A DNA stretch of 63,379 nt, filler included, from 9 parts of 9 records of this genome joined end to end with filler, not necessarily neighbours in it, one strand, 5' to 3'; shown: positions 22,234 through 33,450, counted from the first letter of the whole stretch. Program-made: numbers and translations. The notes: a model not told the origin generated them from the sequence alone.

Positions 22234-23373
22234 ATGTTTGAGATTGTAGAAAAACAGATCAATGTTGACCTTCCTCTCGGTCACCATTTGCACTGTATGA
22301 TTTGTCAGATTCCCAATCATTTGGGTTTGGCCGATTTTTCCTGTCGCTTGGGTGATCCGAAAACGAAGTGGGCCGAGTTGAAATCGATTCTGGAATTGGT
22401 CGCGACGGGCTCAGGTAATTTGAAAAAGTGCCATTTCCTGGCGCTGCCGGAAGCTGCCGTTCCGGCTAATTATGTTGAGGAGACACTGGATTTTATTAAA
22501 GAGAAGTTCCGGCCGAATACCGTCACTTTTTTTGGTGTCGACCATGTCCCGCTGGTCAAATATCGTGAGTACCTGGAACGTTACGCAGACGATAATTCCG
22601 AGGCACTTGCGTCGATTATTGAGGATCTCGAAGATGGTGATATCGATGATATTCCGACGAATTGGAGTGTAACTGCGGTTAAGGAAAGCGATGGTCGCTT
22701 TAGAGTCTTTATTCAGGCCAAAAGCCATCCGTTTGTCGGGGAAGAACACCTCGATTCGCATCATGACCTCTATCGTGGCAAGGTTTTTCCGCTGTTTAAC
22801 TGTCAGCCGAACTGCTTCAATTTCATGAGTCTGATCTGCCTCGACTATGTCTACCGTGATCTGTATCAGTCGAATATCAGCGCGGTTATCGACAAGGCCA
22901 ATCAATTGTTTTTCAACCGGCGCCAACGGCTTGATTTGTTGATGGTCCTGGAGTGCAATCCAAAGCCTGAACATCCGGCCTTTCGCGATGTGGTGAACGG
23001 TTTTTACGGTGAGTACCTGGCTTATACACCGGGAGTTAAAGATACCATCTCGGTATTTTGTAACACTTCTGAAGAGACGAGTGGCCTGCCGAACAAAGAG
23101 GCCTTGAGCTTTGGGCATTCGGCGGTGATTATCCATAAAAGTCACAAAATGTCGCCGGAGGGCAGTCACGAGTATCAGGTCGACGACTTTGGCGGATTGC
23201 CGGTCTGTCGACTCCGTTTCGAGTCAGCAACCCGGTTGTATTATTTTAACCTGCCGATGTTCCACGAGCTTGATCCCAGGACCACTCGTGTCCCGTTAAA
23301 ATTACATGCGATTTTCTCTTGGGACAACAACCGTTGGCAACGAATAGAAGATGTCGATAGCCGTTCTTCCTGA
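22234..23373 (+). CDS. Hypothetical protein with probable carbon-nitrogen hydrolase (nitrilase) fold
   Basis: LALPE, IQAK and LICLD motifs in E-K-C order. Confidence 0.6.
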   Translation: MFEIVEKQINVDLPLGHHLHCMICQIPNHLGLADFSCRLGDPKTKWAELKSILELVATGSGNLKKCHFLALPEAAVPANYVEETLDFIKEKFRPNTVTFFGVDHVPLVKYREYLERYADDNSEALASIIEDLEDGDIDDIPTNWSVTAVKESDGRFRVFIQAKSHPFVGEEHLDSHHDLYRGKVFPLFNCQPNCFNFMSLICLDYVYRDLYQSNISAVIDKANQLFFNRRQRLDLLMVLECNPKPEHPAFRDVVNGFYGEYLAYTPGVKDTISVFCNTSEETSGLPNKEALSFGHSAVIIHKSHKMSPEGSHEYQVDDFGGLPVCRLRFESATRLYYFNLPMFHELDPRTTRVPLKLHAIFSWDNNRWQRIEDVDSRSS

Positions 23374-23597
23374 TGCCGGATCTGCTCAAGGTTGCTGAGC
23401 ACATGGGCCTGACAGGAGCGATCAATGAAGTTTTTGTCGTGGCTCTTTTGATGAATTTGAGTGCTCGCGTGTGACCTGACGAAGACCAAGTGGTAGAATA
23501 GTCGCAGAACCTCTGTTGTTAGAACTGTTTCGTCGGTTGCAAGACGGCACTAGAACAATGGCTGCCCCCTCAAACTCTCGACATGAAAGAGTGAATA

Positions 23598-24602
23598 ATG
23601 GATAACTTCAGTTTTAAGGCTATGGTCGTAACAGAAGTCGAAGACAAAAAATTCGTTCGCGAGATCAAACAAAAGCAGATTGAGGACCTTCCGCCTGGCG
23701 ATGTGCTGATCAATGTTAAATACTCATCGCTGAACTATAAGGATGCTCTCTCTGCTTCCGGAAACAAAGGGGTGACAAAGACGTACCCGCATACGCCTGG
23801 GATTGATGCTGCTGGTGTTGTTGCGGAAAGCAGCGTTCCAGAATTTGAAGTCGGGGATCAGGTTTTGGTTACTGGTTACGATTTGGGAATGAATACCTCC
23901 GGAGGCTATGCTGAGTATATTCGTGTTCCTGCCAACTGGGTTGTCAAGCTACCGGAGAACCTGACGTTACGTGAGAGTATGATTTATGGGACGGCTGGTT
24001 TTACGGCTGCTTTGTCCTGTTTCAAATTGATTAACAGCGGCGTTACTCCAGATCAGGGGCCTGTCCTCGTAACAGGAGCGACTGGAGGTGTTGGCAGTAT
24101 CGCCCTATCGATTTTGGTGAAAAGCGGCTACGATGTCGTTGCGGTTAACGGCATCATTGATGAGGAGGACTACCTTCTTGAGCTAGGAGCAAAAGAGGTG
24201 ATCAATATTGCAGACGCCGATGATCAGAGTGGCCGTCCGCTTTTAAGACCACGCTGGGCAGGGGCCATAGATACGGTTGCCGGAAATATCCTCTCAACGG
24301 CGATCAAAACAACCCAGTATGGTGGGTCTGTAACCTGTTGTGGCAATGTCGGGTCCGCCGAACTCCATTCCTCGATTTTTCCTTTCATCATAAACGGCAT
24401 CACTCTTCTCGGTATCGACTCAGTGAATTGCGCGGTGGATATGCGCATGAAGGTCTGGAATAAGGTCGCCTCTGATTGGAAACTTGATCGTCTTGAAAAG
24501 ATCACGACCGAGTTGCCCACTCTGGAAGCGTTGGAGGAGCGGATTAATCTTATTCTAGAGGGCAAAAGCAGAGGCAGAGCAATTGTCAAAGTTTCGCAAT
24601 AG
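23598..24602 (+). CDS. YhdH/YhfP-family MDR reductase (second AcuI-like paralog)
   Basis: YSSLNYKDALSASGNKGVT, GTAGFTAAL, VTGATGGVG, LLGIDSV. Confidence 0.88.
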   Translation: MDNFSFKAMVVTEVEDKKFVREIKQKQIEDLPPGDVLINVKYSSLNYKDALSASGNKGVTKTYPHTPGIDAAGVVAESSVPEFEVGDQVLVTGYDLGMNTSGGYAEYIRVPANWVVKLPENLTLRESMIYGTAGFTAALSCFKLINSGVTPDQGPVLVTGATGGVGSIALSILVKSGYDVVAVNGIIDEEDYLLELGAKEVINIADADDQSGRPLLRPRWAGAIDTVAGNILSTAIKTTQYGGSVTCCGNVGSAELHSSIFPFIINGITLLGIDSVNCAVDMRMKVWNKVASDWKLDRLEKITTELPTLEALEERINLILEGKSRGRAIVKVSQ

Positions 24603-24834
24603 GTGAAAGACCATTAAAGGAGTTTCGTGGTGGGTCTCTTTATAGTGATCGCTTGCAATGTGTTGAATCACCATGGACTTGCAATGCATAAGGGTCCATC
24701 TACCGATTTGGAATGTCAATATTAGTCTGAAACCTGTCGGTTCGACAGGTTGTTTCGCAAATCAATTGTACCTGCGATCGAAGTGGGTGAGCAGAATCGA
24801 CGAGTGCCGGTGCACTTTTGATCACCGGGCTCTA

Positions 24835-25248
24835 TGTCACGTCCTAAAATAGATTGACAGTTTTTCTCAAGCCACTTCCGCCTCGGAGGTGGCTTTCTTA
24901 TGTACTTCTTTCGGTGTTTTTATATTCAAGCTAAGGTGTGGTCTCAGTCTGTTGTAGATATCGACTGATTCCCGAACCAAACCTGTCAGCTCATGCAAAT
25001 TACGACATTTATAAAGCAAAAATTCTTGTTTCAATATGTCATTGACTCTCTCGGCCAATGCATTCTGATAACAATCGTAACCGCCCGTCATTGATGGCGT
25101 TATACCATGACGTTTCAGTTTTTTCTGGTAGATCGATGAACAATACTGTAACCCTCTGTCTGAATGGTGGAGCAGCGTTTTGTCCGCTTGCCATTTGTGT
25201 TATCCATAAATAAGTCTCCTGGGTGTAAACTTATTTCAGGACGGGACA
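24835..25248 (-). mobile_element. Internally deleted IS3-family element retaining both terminal inverted repeats
   Basis: Ends TGTCACGTCCTAAAATAGATTGACAG and (reverse complement) TGTCCCGTCCTGAAATAAGTTTACAC match at 20/26. The orfA start MDNTNGKRTKR abuts the orfB core HHSDRGLQYC..NALAERVN..YNRLRPHLSL. Confidence 0.88.
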
Positions 25249-25521
25249 GTTCGAGTATGTGGGAAAACTCTAAAAATTACTGGCCCTATTATAAGGGATG
25301 GTCACAGCTAACCAACCTCCATTCGAGTCATGTATTATCACGGCCCTTGACTTGTTGGACACTCATCCGAGTGTTGTTCCAATTCCAAATAGTCAACCAG
25401 TCAAAGTGTCCGGTGGCCTTTTGAGTTGTTTCTGATTTTTTCGTTCAATGATTTTCGGCCCGCTATTTTGAAATTAAAAAGGTTGCAGGATATCCTGTAG
25501 CCGTTTTTTTATATATAAAGG

Positions 25522-26361
25522 ATGGCTATGAACTTTTTTGATTATCTTCCCGGAACAGGCTATGTCTGTGCCCATCGTGGAGCACGATCCATTGCTCCGG
25601 AGAATACTCTTCTGGCACTTGAGGAGTCACGTCGCTGTGGGGCCGATCTGTGGGAAGCGGATGTTCAGATCACAGCCGATGGTGTGCCGGTTATTTTCCA
25701 CGATGACACGCTCGGTCGGACAACCGATATAGCCGAAAAAAATGAATTTCAGGAACGTGAACCTTGGTCTGTATCAGATTTCAGTTTCGAGGAGCTACAG
25801 TCGCTGAATTGCGGTTCGTGGTTTGTGGAACGGGACCCTTACGGGACCATTGCTTCCGGTGAGGTTGATGCGGCGCGGATTGAGACGGCGACCCGGCAGA
25901 GGATCGTCTCTCTGTCAGAGGTTCTGGTTTATTGCCGACAGCATCAATTCCCTTTCAACCTGGAGATTAAAGATCAGCATGGCCGGGTGAGCACCGATGT
26001 TGTTGTCGCGACGGTTCTGAATCAAATACGCCAGACCGAAACGGACGACCTGATTCTGGTATCTTCCTTCAATCATGATTATTTGCGGCAGATGAAGACG
26101 TGTGCTCCCGATATCTTGACCGCCGCACTGGTTGAAGGACGGCATCCGGAGAATTTGATCGGCTATCTGCAGGGCCTGGGTGTTGCGGCTTATCATCCGG
26201 ACTGGCAGATTGCGGACGCGTCACTGATTCGTCAGTTGGCAGATGTCGGTATTCGGACCAACCTCTGGACCGTGAATGACGTCAAAATCGCCCGCAATTT
26301 CATGCTGGCAGGAGCTGGATTTATCTGCACCGACTGGCCGCAAAGGCTCCATTCTGCTTGA
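25522..26361 (+). CDS. Glycerophosphodiester phosphodiesterase
   Basis: AHRGA..PENTL, EADVQITADG, HDDTL, NLEIK, TDWP. Confidence 0.92.
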   Translation: MAMNFFDYLPGTGYVCAHRGARSIAPENTLLALEESRRCGADLWEADVQITADGVPVIFHDDTLGRTTDIAEKNEFQEREPWSVSDFSFEELQSLNCGSWFVERDPYGTIASGEVDAARIETATRQRIVSLSEVLVYCRQHQFPFNLEIKDQHGRVSTDVVVATVLNQIRQTETDDLILVSSFNHDYLRQMKTCAPDILTAALVEGRHPENLIGYLQGLGVAAYHPDWQIADASLIRQLADVGIRTNLWTVNDVKIARNFMLAGAGFICTDWPQRLHSA

Positions 26362-26413
26362 ATAAAAGCAGTATTCATGCTAGAACCACGGACCTGATTT
26401 TAAGGGTGAAAAG

Positions 26414-26876
26414 GTGACGATGAACAGGGAGCTGGAGCAGTTCTTCATGCGGGAAGCGATGGCCGAGGCAGCACGCGCCGAAGAGCTGGAGGAAGTGCCG
26501 ATCGGGGCTGTCGTTGTACACGATGGCCAGATTGTTGGTCGTGGGCATAACCTGCGTGAGAGCAATAACGACCCAACAGCCCATGCCGAAATGATCGCCA
26601 TTAAGCAAGCAGCGGAACAGCTCGACTCATGGCGCTTGCTCGATTGCACGCTTTATGTCACTCTTGAGCCCTGTGTCATGTGTATGGGCGCGATTATTCT
26701 GGCCCGAATTCCGACACTTGTTTTCGGAACACGCGATCCACGCGTTGGAGCTGTCGGTTCCATTTATAACCTCGCCGAAGATGATCGCTTCAACCACAAG
26801 GTTGATGTCCATGAAGGCGTTTTGCAGCAGGAATGCAGCGCTCAGCTGAGTGATTTCTTCAGGCGCCTGCGCGAGC
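26414..26876 (+). CDS. tadA: tRNA adenosine(34) deaminase (3' truncated)
   Basis: EVPIGAVVV, DPTAHAE, TLEPCVMC. Confidence 0.93.
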
Positions 26877-26976
26877 NNNNNNNNNNNNNNNNNNNNNNNN
26901 NNNNNNNNNNNNNNNNNNNNTTAATTAATTAANNNNNNNNNNNNNNNNNNNNNNNNNNNNNNNNNNNNNNNNNNNN

Positions 26977-27479
26977 GGGTGAACAGGTTCCTTCCTCCGA
27001 CGATCGCTGTCCGGCTGGCTGAATTTGTTGACTCTCAATTTCATGCCCGGTTTTCAGCGGCCGGGAAGCTTTATCGCTATACAATTTTAAGAGATGAGGT
27101 CAGGTCGCCTCTGGATCGGCTGTATCGTTGGCAGGTGAAGTACGACCTGGATGTCGCGTTGATGGAAGAGGCGGGCAGTTTGTTTGTCGGGCGGCACGAT
27201 TTTTCAGGATTCAGGACCAGTGGCTGCGCCGCTGGGACGACCCTGAGAGAAATTTATTCGCTCCGCATTGTCGAGCGGGGACACTGCCTCGAAATTGACG
27301 TTCATGGCGGTGGTTTTCTTAAAAATATGGTCCGAATGATGGTCGGAACTCTGGTTGATGTCGGTCGGGGAAAGCGGTCTGTAAACGACATAAAGCTGTT
27401 GCTCGAAAAACCTGAGTCTGTGAAATCAGCATTAACCGCACCGGCGCATGGGCTTTGTCTGCTTGAGGTGTATTATTAA
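26977..27479 (+). CDS. truA: tRNA pseudouridine(38-40) synthase (5' truncated)
   Basis: FHARFSA, GRHDFSGF, FLKNMVR, TAPAHGLCL. Confidence 0.93.
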
Positions 27480-27537
27480 TAGGACTTTTCGTCTTCATCA
27501 GTATGCGAAAAGGCAAGGATTAATGCGTAGAATTTTC

Positions 27538-27566
27538 TTGACAGTTCAGTATGTGTCAGATATGAT
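27538..27566 (+). promoter_or_regulatory. Sigma70 promoter for rplM-rpsI
   Basis: TTGACA, 17-nt spacer, TATGAT. Confidence 0.7.
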
Positions 27567-27626
27567 TCAGCGCTTTGTGAGCCCCACAACCCTTTATAAA
27601 GAGATAAGTTTCTGGAGAGGAATGCG

Positions 27627-28055
27627 ATGAGCACTGAAGTCGCTAAAGAACAGGATATTAAGAGAGATTGGTTTGTTGTCGATCTGGAGGATGTTGTCCT
27701 CGGTCGTGCAGCCACTGAGATAGCACGTGTTTTGCGTGGTAAGCATAAGCCGATTTACACTCCAAGTGTAGACACAGGTGATTTTGTCATCGTTTTGAAC
27801 GCTGATAAAATCAGACTGACCGGTAATAAGCTGGCAGACAAAAAGTACTATCATCACTCAGGGTACGTCGGTGGAATTAAAGAGATTACCGCTGAGAAGC
27901 TTTTAGATAAAAAGCCTGAGATGTTGGTTCAGACTGCTGTTAAGGGAATGCTTCCAAAGAATAAGTTGGGTCGTAAAATGTTTACTAAACTCAAGGTTTA
28001 TGCCGGTGGTGAACATCCACACGCTGCACAAAAACCTCAAGAACTTAAGTTTTAA
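27627..28055 (+). CDS. rplM: 50S ribosomal protein L13
   Basis: [27 protein letters not shown]. Confidence 0.98.
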   Translation: MSTEVAKEQDIKRDWFVVDLEDVVLGRAATEIARVLRGKHKPIYTPSVDTGDFVIVLNADKIRLTGNKLADKKYYHHSGYVGGIKEITAEKLLDKKPEMLVQTAVKGMLPKNKLGRKMFTKLKVYAGGEHPHAAQKPQELKF

Positions 28056-28071
28056 TACGGGAGATAGCTAG

Positions 28072-28464
28072 ATGGCTGAGCAGAAGTTTTACGCAACAGG
28101 TAAAAGAAAAACCTCAATCGCTCGTGTCTGGATGAAGCCCGGCACTGGTGAAATTACAATAAATAAGCGTCCAATCGATGTTTTCTTCGGTCGTGAAACT
28201 TCGAAGATGGTTGTTCGTCAACCACTCGAACTGACTGAGAACATGGGTAAGTTTGACATTTATGTTAACGTGACCGGCGGTGGTATCTCTGGTCAAGCAG
28301 GTGCGATCAAGCATGGCATTACCAAGGCTCTTCTTGATGTTAATCCTGAGTTGCGCGGACTCCTGAAAAAGTCCGGATTCATCACTCGTGATAGCCGCGT
28401 TAAAGAACGTAAGAAATACGGCCGCGCTGGCGCTCGTGCAAGTTTCCAGTTCTCCAAGCGTTAA
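28072..28464 (+). CDS. rpsI: 30S ribosomal protein S9
   Basis: [32 protein letters not shown]. Confidence 0.98.
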   Translation: MAEQKFYATGKRKTSIARVWMKPGTGEITINKRPIDVFFGRETSKMVVRQPLELTENMGKFDIYVNVTGGGISGQAGAIKHGITKALLDVNPELRGLLKKSGFITRDSRVKERKKYGRAGARASFQFSKR

Positions 28465-28498
28465 TTGTTTGTAGGAAGTACTTAGATAAACAACAATT

Positions 28499-28530
28499 AA
28501 GGGAAATCCTGCGGGATTTCCCTTTTTTTG
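28499..28530 (+). terminator. Intrinsic terminator after rpsI
   Basis: AAGGGAAATCC-TGCG-GGATTTCCCTT followed by a T-run. Confidence 0.85.
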
Positions 28531-28567
28531 TCTCATTTAGTTTTAAGAGGCGTTCTAGGAGTCGATC

Positions 28568-29605
28568 ATGTTGAAAGTCGCTGTTGTTGGGGCCAGTGGT
28601 TATACCGGAGTTGAACTGTTAAGACTCCTTGTCAGACATCCGGAGGTTGAGATCTGCAGTGTCACATCCCGGCAGCATGAGGGCGTTCCGATTTCTCAGG
28701 TCTTTCCTTCTCTGGCCGGGTTCTGTGACCTGGTTTGTGAACCAGTGAATGTGCCGGAGATTGCCAGCCGTGCAGACCTTGTTTTTACAGCTCTTCCGCA
28801 TAAATCAGCCATGGAAGTTGTTCCGGATTTTCTGAGTGCCGGGTGCAAGGTGATTGACCTGTCAGCGGATTATCGGTTGAAGGATCAGTCTGTTTACGAA
28901 CACTGGTACCAGGTTCACAGCAGTCCGGAGTTGTTCGACGAAGCGGTTTACGGCCTGCCGGAACTGTATCGTGACCAACTGCCAGGTGCTCGACTTGTTG
29001 CCAATCCTGGTTGTTACCCGACCAGCATCCTCTTGGCTTTGACCCCACTACTGAAAGCTGGATTAATTGATCCGCAAACAGTGATCATCGACAGTAAGTC
29101 CGGGGCCAGCGGTGCCGGAAGGAGCGCTAAACAGGGAAGCCTTTTCTGTGAAGTCAATGAAGGCTTTAAGGCTTATGGCGTTGCCAGTCACAGGCATACC
29201 CCGGAAATCGAACAGGAGCTGGGTAACGCTCATGGGGCACCCATTGCGGTCAGTTTCACACCACACCTGCTTCCTGTTAACCGCGGAATTCTGTCGACCT
29301 GCTATGCGTCACTGACCGATTCCAGAACCTCGGAAGAGTTGATCTCTCTTTATCAGGATGCGTACACTGATGATCGTTTTGTGCGCGTTATGCCTGGAGG
29401 TGAGTTGCCGAACGTTGCCTGTGTTAAAGGGACGAACTTCTGTGATGTCGGTCTTGTCAGTGATCAGCGGACAGGTCGTGTCATCGTTGTATCAGCGATT
29501 GATAATCTGGTAAAAGGGGCGGCTGGACAGGCTGTTCAGAATATGAATCTTGTCTATCGCTACAAAGAATCGACAGGATTAGAAATCGTCCCACTTTTTC
29601 CCTAG
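28568..29605 (+). CDS. argC: N-acetyl-gamma-glutamyl-phosphate reductase
   Basis: [31 protein letters not shown]. Confidence 0.97.
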   Translation: MLKVAVVGASGYTGVELLRLLVRHPEVEICSVTSRQHEGVPISQVFPSLAGFCDLVCEPVNVPEIASRADLVFTALPHKSAMEVVPDFLSAGCKVIDLSADYRLKDQSVYEHWYQVHSSPELFDEAVYGLPELYRDQLPGARLVANPGCYPTSILLALTPLLKAGLIDPQTVIIDSKSGASGAGRSAKQGSLFCEVNEGFKAYGVASHRHTPEIEQELGNAHGAPIAVSFTPHLLPVNRGILSTCYASLTDSRTSEELISLYQDAYTDDRFVRVMPGGELPNVACVKGTNFCDVGLVSDQRTGRVIVVSAIDNLVKGAAGQAVQNMNLVYRYKESTGLEIVPLFP

Positions 29606-29675
29606 CATTTTTAGCGGTTTATATTTATTGTAGATTGCTAATATCTATTTAAATTCAACTGCTCAGGAAAAAGGT

Positions 29676-31876
29676 ATGTTGGAAGCTGGATTCAAATTGC
29701 TTGACTGCAAAGTCATCAAACCTGTTTCAGATAACAAGGTCTATGAAAGTTATCTGGTTCAGTGTGATGGTGTCTCTTCTGCGAAGATGTTTGTCTCGAC
29801 GACGCAGGGGCAGGATCAGCAAGCGCGGAGCAGGTTCCTTGAGGCAGCGACACAGCTGTTGAATCAGAATTTCCCTGGGGTTGGGACACCGATCAAGGCC
29901 GGGGAACATGAGTCTCTAGCCGTCTGTGTTTATCCGCTCCCCGTCGGTCAGGCTTTGGTCGATTGTCGGCTCGGTCAGCAGCTCTCTGCTCGAGAGGCAC
30001 TGCAGTACGTCAAATCGGTTGTCAGCTGCCTGGTGGCTCCGCATGATGCTGGCTTTGTTCACGGAAGCCTCTCTCCCTCGACGATTTATCTTCACGATGA
30101 CACTGTCTATCTCGATGACTTTTCACTGTCGCAGTTGCTTAAACTCGATTATCAGACGGGAATCAACCCCGTTTATACGAGCCCTGAGCAGGTCCGAGGG
30201 GACAAGCTGGTCACGGCAGTTGATATCTATAGCCTTGGTGCTGTTTTTTATCATTTACTGAGTGGTCAGGCTCCTTACTCCGGGAGCGATAGCTTTTCGA
30301 TCTCAATGAAACATCTGCAAGGTGATTTTCCGACCCTTCCGGAAGGACATTGCTGTGCGGATCTGTTGCTGAATATGACTGCTGCCAGTGCTGATGCGAG
30401 GCCGACAGCGAAGGATGTGATCGAAACGATCAGTCAACTGCTCGCCTCGGATGAGGTCGAGCAAAGCCAGCCTGCGATTGAGCTGCCACAGGAACTGCCG
30501 GCATCTGAAGAAAAACTTGAGGATGACTTTGCCCTGTTCTCGCAAGGGAATGACGATTTTACGGCCCGGATTGAAGCACGCTTGAAAGAACACTCCTATA
30601 ATGTTTCGGAGACGGGTGAACATCCGCCGGAAACGACCGACGCAGAAGAGGTGACGGAGGGGCTTGATCCGGTTCGTTTAGGTCGTAGACGAAAAGGTCT
30701 GCGTTTTGTTCTGGTTCTGATCACAGGCCTGCTGTTGGGGTCTGCGGCGTATCAGTTTTTGAATGAGCCCTCCACTGTGCCGGATGATGACCAGTCGCTG
30801 GTCGCGGCTGATGTTGATGCTCAACTGGATCAGGCCCTTGCGGTCTGGCAGAAGAACGATATCGACAGAGCCGTAGAGTTGTTTGAGCAGTTGAACGCCG
30901 TCTATCCGGAAGATCCACGACCTGCGAATAACCTGGCGGCGATTTATGCGGCTCGGGGGGAATATGATGAAGCGCGTGTCCATCTGGAGTCTGCCCTGAG
31001 GACAAGCGTTGAATATGCGACGATCTATGAAAACCTGGCCGCGATCTACGCCGAAATGGCTCGTGAATCCTATGGTAAGGCTTTGCAGATGGATGCGGAA
31101 CAATCCTCTGTGAATCTGTCAGCGCTGTCAAGTCAAGGGGTCATCCTTATTGCAGCCACAGGGGCTCAAAAAGGCTCCCCAGTTCAGACGGTGGAAGAGA
31201 CGACGCAGCCAGATGCTGCTGTTGAAGTTGCTGCTCTTCCGTCTGTGGCGGCGGGCGAGGGCCCTGCAATGCCTGACTCCGAGGTAGAAGTCTCTACGGC
31301 AGCGGATCCGGAGACGAGAGCAATCGTTGAGGATGCCGTACTTCCGGCGGCCGGGTCAGCTAGTGATTCAGCTCCTTCCGATGGTGAGACAACGCCTCAG
31401 GTGCTTCTCGTCGAGACGGGCGGCGAGCTCCCTGAAACTGTTGCCGCTCACGACAGCGTGCCAATGACAGCCTCTGTGGAATCAGAGCCTATGATCCATC
31501 CTGACGTCAGAGAGAGTTCTGCATCCGTATCGACACAAGGTGCAATCGACTTTCTGAAGCGCTGGGCCGACGCCTGGTCCAGGCAGGACGTGGACCGTTA
31601 CCTGACATTTTACGGGAACTCCTTTATCCCACCGGGGGGCGACAGCGCACTGATTGGGAAAATCAGAGACGCAAGCGTATTGCCCGACCGGCCTCAATCC
31701 GTGTCAGCCTGTCTGACTTCCAGGTGGAAGACCTTGAGGGCAGAACCCGTGTTGAACTGATTCAGGTCTATGAAAGCGATGTTTTTAAAGATCAGACGCG
31801 TAAAGTTTTTGATCTGAAACGTTCAGGGAATCAGTGGTCAATTTTACGTGAACGTTCCTTGGGGAGTGTCCGTTGA
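29676..31876 (+). CDS. Kinase-like domain, TM, TPR, low-complexity linker and SnoaL/NTF2-like C-terminal domain (apparent frameshift in the G-run near 31635)
   Basis: YTSPEQ and DIYSLG kinase motifs; NNLAAIY TPR; WADAWSRQDVDRYLTFY continues in another frame as RTDWENQRRKRI..WSILRER, with TGA at 31876 overlapping the next start. Confidence 0.75.
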
Positions 31877-33222
31877 TCAGCTCACGTATCATCATAGCAC
31901 TTATCATCGTGCCTCTGTTCGGATTGACCGGCGCGAAGGTCGGTGCGCTGTGGACTTCGCAGCAGGATGTCGCTGAGCCCATCGCCATCGATTTGCAGGA
32001 GAGCGGCTCTTCCGCTAATGACGTCGTGATCATTGCGCCGGAGAAACAGCACCTACTCGATCGTCTCAATGATCGATTGACAGTGAACCAGAACGATTTC
32101 GAAGCGAGTTTTCTTAAGGGGTTGCTACTGTTTCAGGCGGGATTGCTTGATGGGGCAATCGAGGAGCTGACTCATCTGACGGAGCGGGCTCCCAAATTTC
32201 AACTGGCGCATCTGGTTCTGGGTGACCTGTTGACGGCTCGTTTCTCTCCTCTCGAAAGCATCGGCTCATCGGCTGTAGCCAGCTCTACGGAAAGCCATCA
32301 ACAACAACGGATCCAGCAGTTGCAGAGCGAGGCGAGAGCTCGTTTGCTCGGCTACCTTTCACGCACTGATAGCAAGATGGTTCCGCAAAACCTGATGTCC
32401 TTCGGGGATTCCATCTCTCATGCTCTTGTTGTCGATAAGAGTAAGAATCGTCTTTACGTCTATCGAAACAGTGGCCCTGGATTGCCTCCTGAGTTGCTTG
32501 ATGATTTTTACATCGTCTTGGGTAAGAAGACTGGCAACAAACAGTTTGAAGGGGATCTGAAAACTCCCAACGGTGTCTACTTTGTCACCTCGTATCTGCC
32601 GGATGACGAGCTTCCTCCGCTCTACGGAAGTGGTGCTTTCCCGGTCAATTACCCGAACGAACTTGATCGCCGACTGAAAAAAACCGGAAGCGGCATCTGG
32701 TTGCACGGGACAGACAAGTCTCTTTACAGCCGCCCGCCACTCGACAGTGAGGGGTGCGTTGTTTTGACCAATGACGAGTTTTCAAGGATCGCCCGTTTTG
32801 TCGATGCTGGGAACACTCCTGTTATCATCGCTGAAGAAGTTCAGTGGATTTCTACCCGTGATTGGCTCGATCAGAACATTGAATTGCAATCTGTTCTGGA
32901 AACATGGCGCTTTCATTGGGAAAATGCAGAGCTGGATGATTATCTTGCCCTCTATTCCGATGATTTCTGGTCTCGTGGTTATGACCATAAACGCTGGAAC
33001 CGTTACAAAACGCAGGTCTTTCAGGGCAAGACCTTTCAGAAAATTGATTTGAGTGAGTTGTCGCTGTTCGGATACCCCCAGACCGAAACCCACGGTCCGA
33101 TCGTTGTCGCTAATTTTGTTCAGCACTACCGTTCGAACAACTTTAACGGTGATATGCGTAAGCGTCTCTACATGGTGAAAGAGGACGATTCCTGGAAGAT
33201 CCTCTATGAAGGTCGCCAGTAA
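31873..33222 (+). CDS. YkuD-type L,D-transpeptidase/carboxypeptidase with N-terminal TPR and C-terminal NTF2-like domain
   Basis: VVDKSKNRL, GDLKTPNGVY, GIWLHG, SEGCV. Confidence 0.88.
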   Translation: MISSRIIIALIIVPLFGLTGAKVGALWTSQQDVAEPIAIDLQESGSSANDVVIIAPEKQHLLDRLNDRLTVNQNDFEASFLKGLLLFQAGLLDGAIEELTHLTERAPKFQLAHLVLGDLLTARFSPLESIGSSAVASSTESHQQQRIQQLQSEARARLLGYLSRTDSKMVPQNLMSFGDSISHALVVDKSKNRLYVYRNSGPGLPPELLDDFYIVLGKKTGNKQFEGDLKTPNGVYFVTSYLPDDELPPLYGSGAFPVNYPNELDRRLKKTGSGIWLHGTDKSLYSRPPLDSEGCVVLTNDEFSRIARFVDAGNTPVIIAEEVQWISTRDWLDQNIELQSVLETWRFHWENAELDDYLALYSDDFWSRGYDHKRWNRYKTQVFQGKTFQKIDLSELSLFGYPQTETHGPIVVANFVQHYRSNNFNGDMRKRLYMVKEDDSWKILYEGRQ

Positions 33223-33225
33223 CCC

Positions 33226-33450
33226 TTAGCGCCCAGAGACCGACGTGTTCAGCCGTTCCAACAATTCCTCAAGATCAATCTCATATGCCCGGGCGACATT
33301 GGTCAGCGGCTCAAACAACATCTCACAACAGATGCAGGTTTTCAGCTGGTTGTCATACGCCTTGAAGACCTGCTCAGCTCCAGGATGACTGGAGACGATA
33401 TCGAGAATATTCATATCTTTTGTAATTTCAGACCCTTCATTATCAGCCAT
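33226..33450 (-). CDS. Small DUF1858/ScdA-N-like protein
   Basis: ITKDMNILDIVSSHPGAEQVF..CICC..ID LEELLERLN pattern. Confidence 0.65.
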   Translation of the reverse strand: MADNEGSEITKDMNILDIVSSHPGAEQVFKAYDNQLKTCICCEMLFEPLTNVARAYEIDLEELLERLNTSVSGR

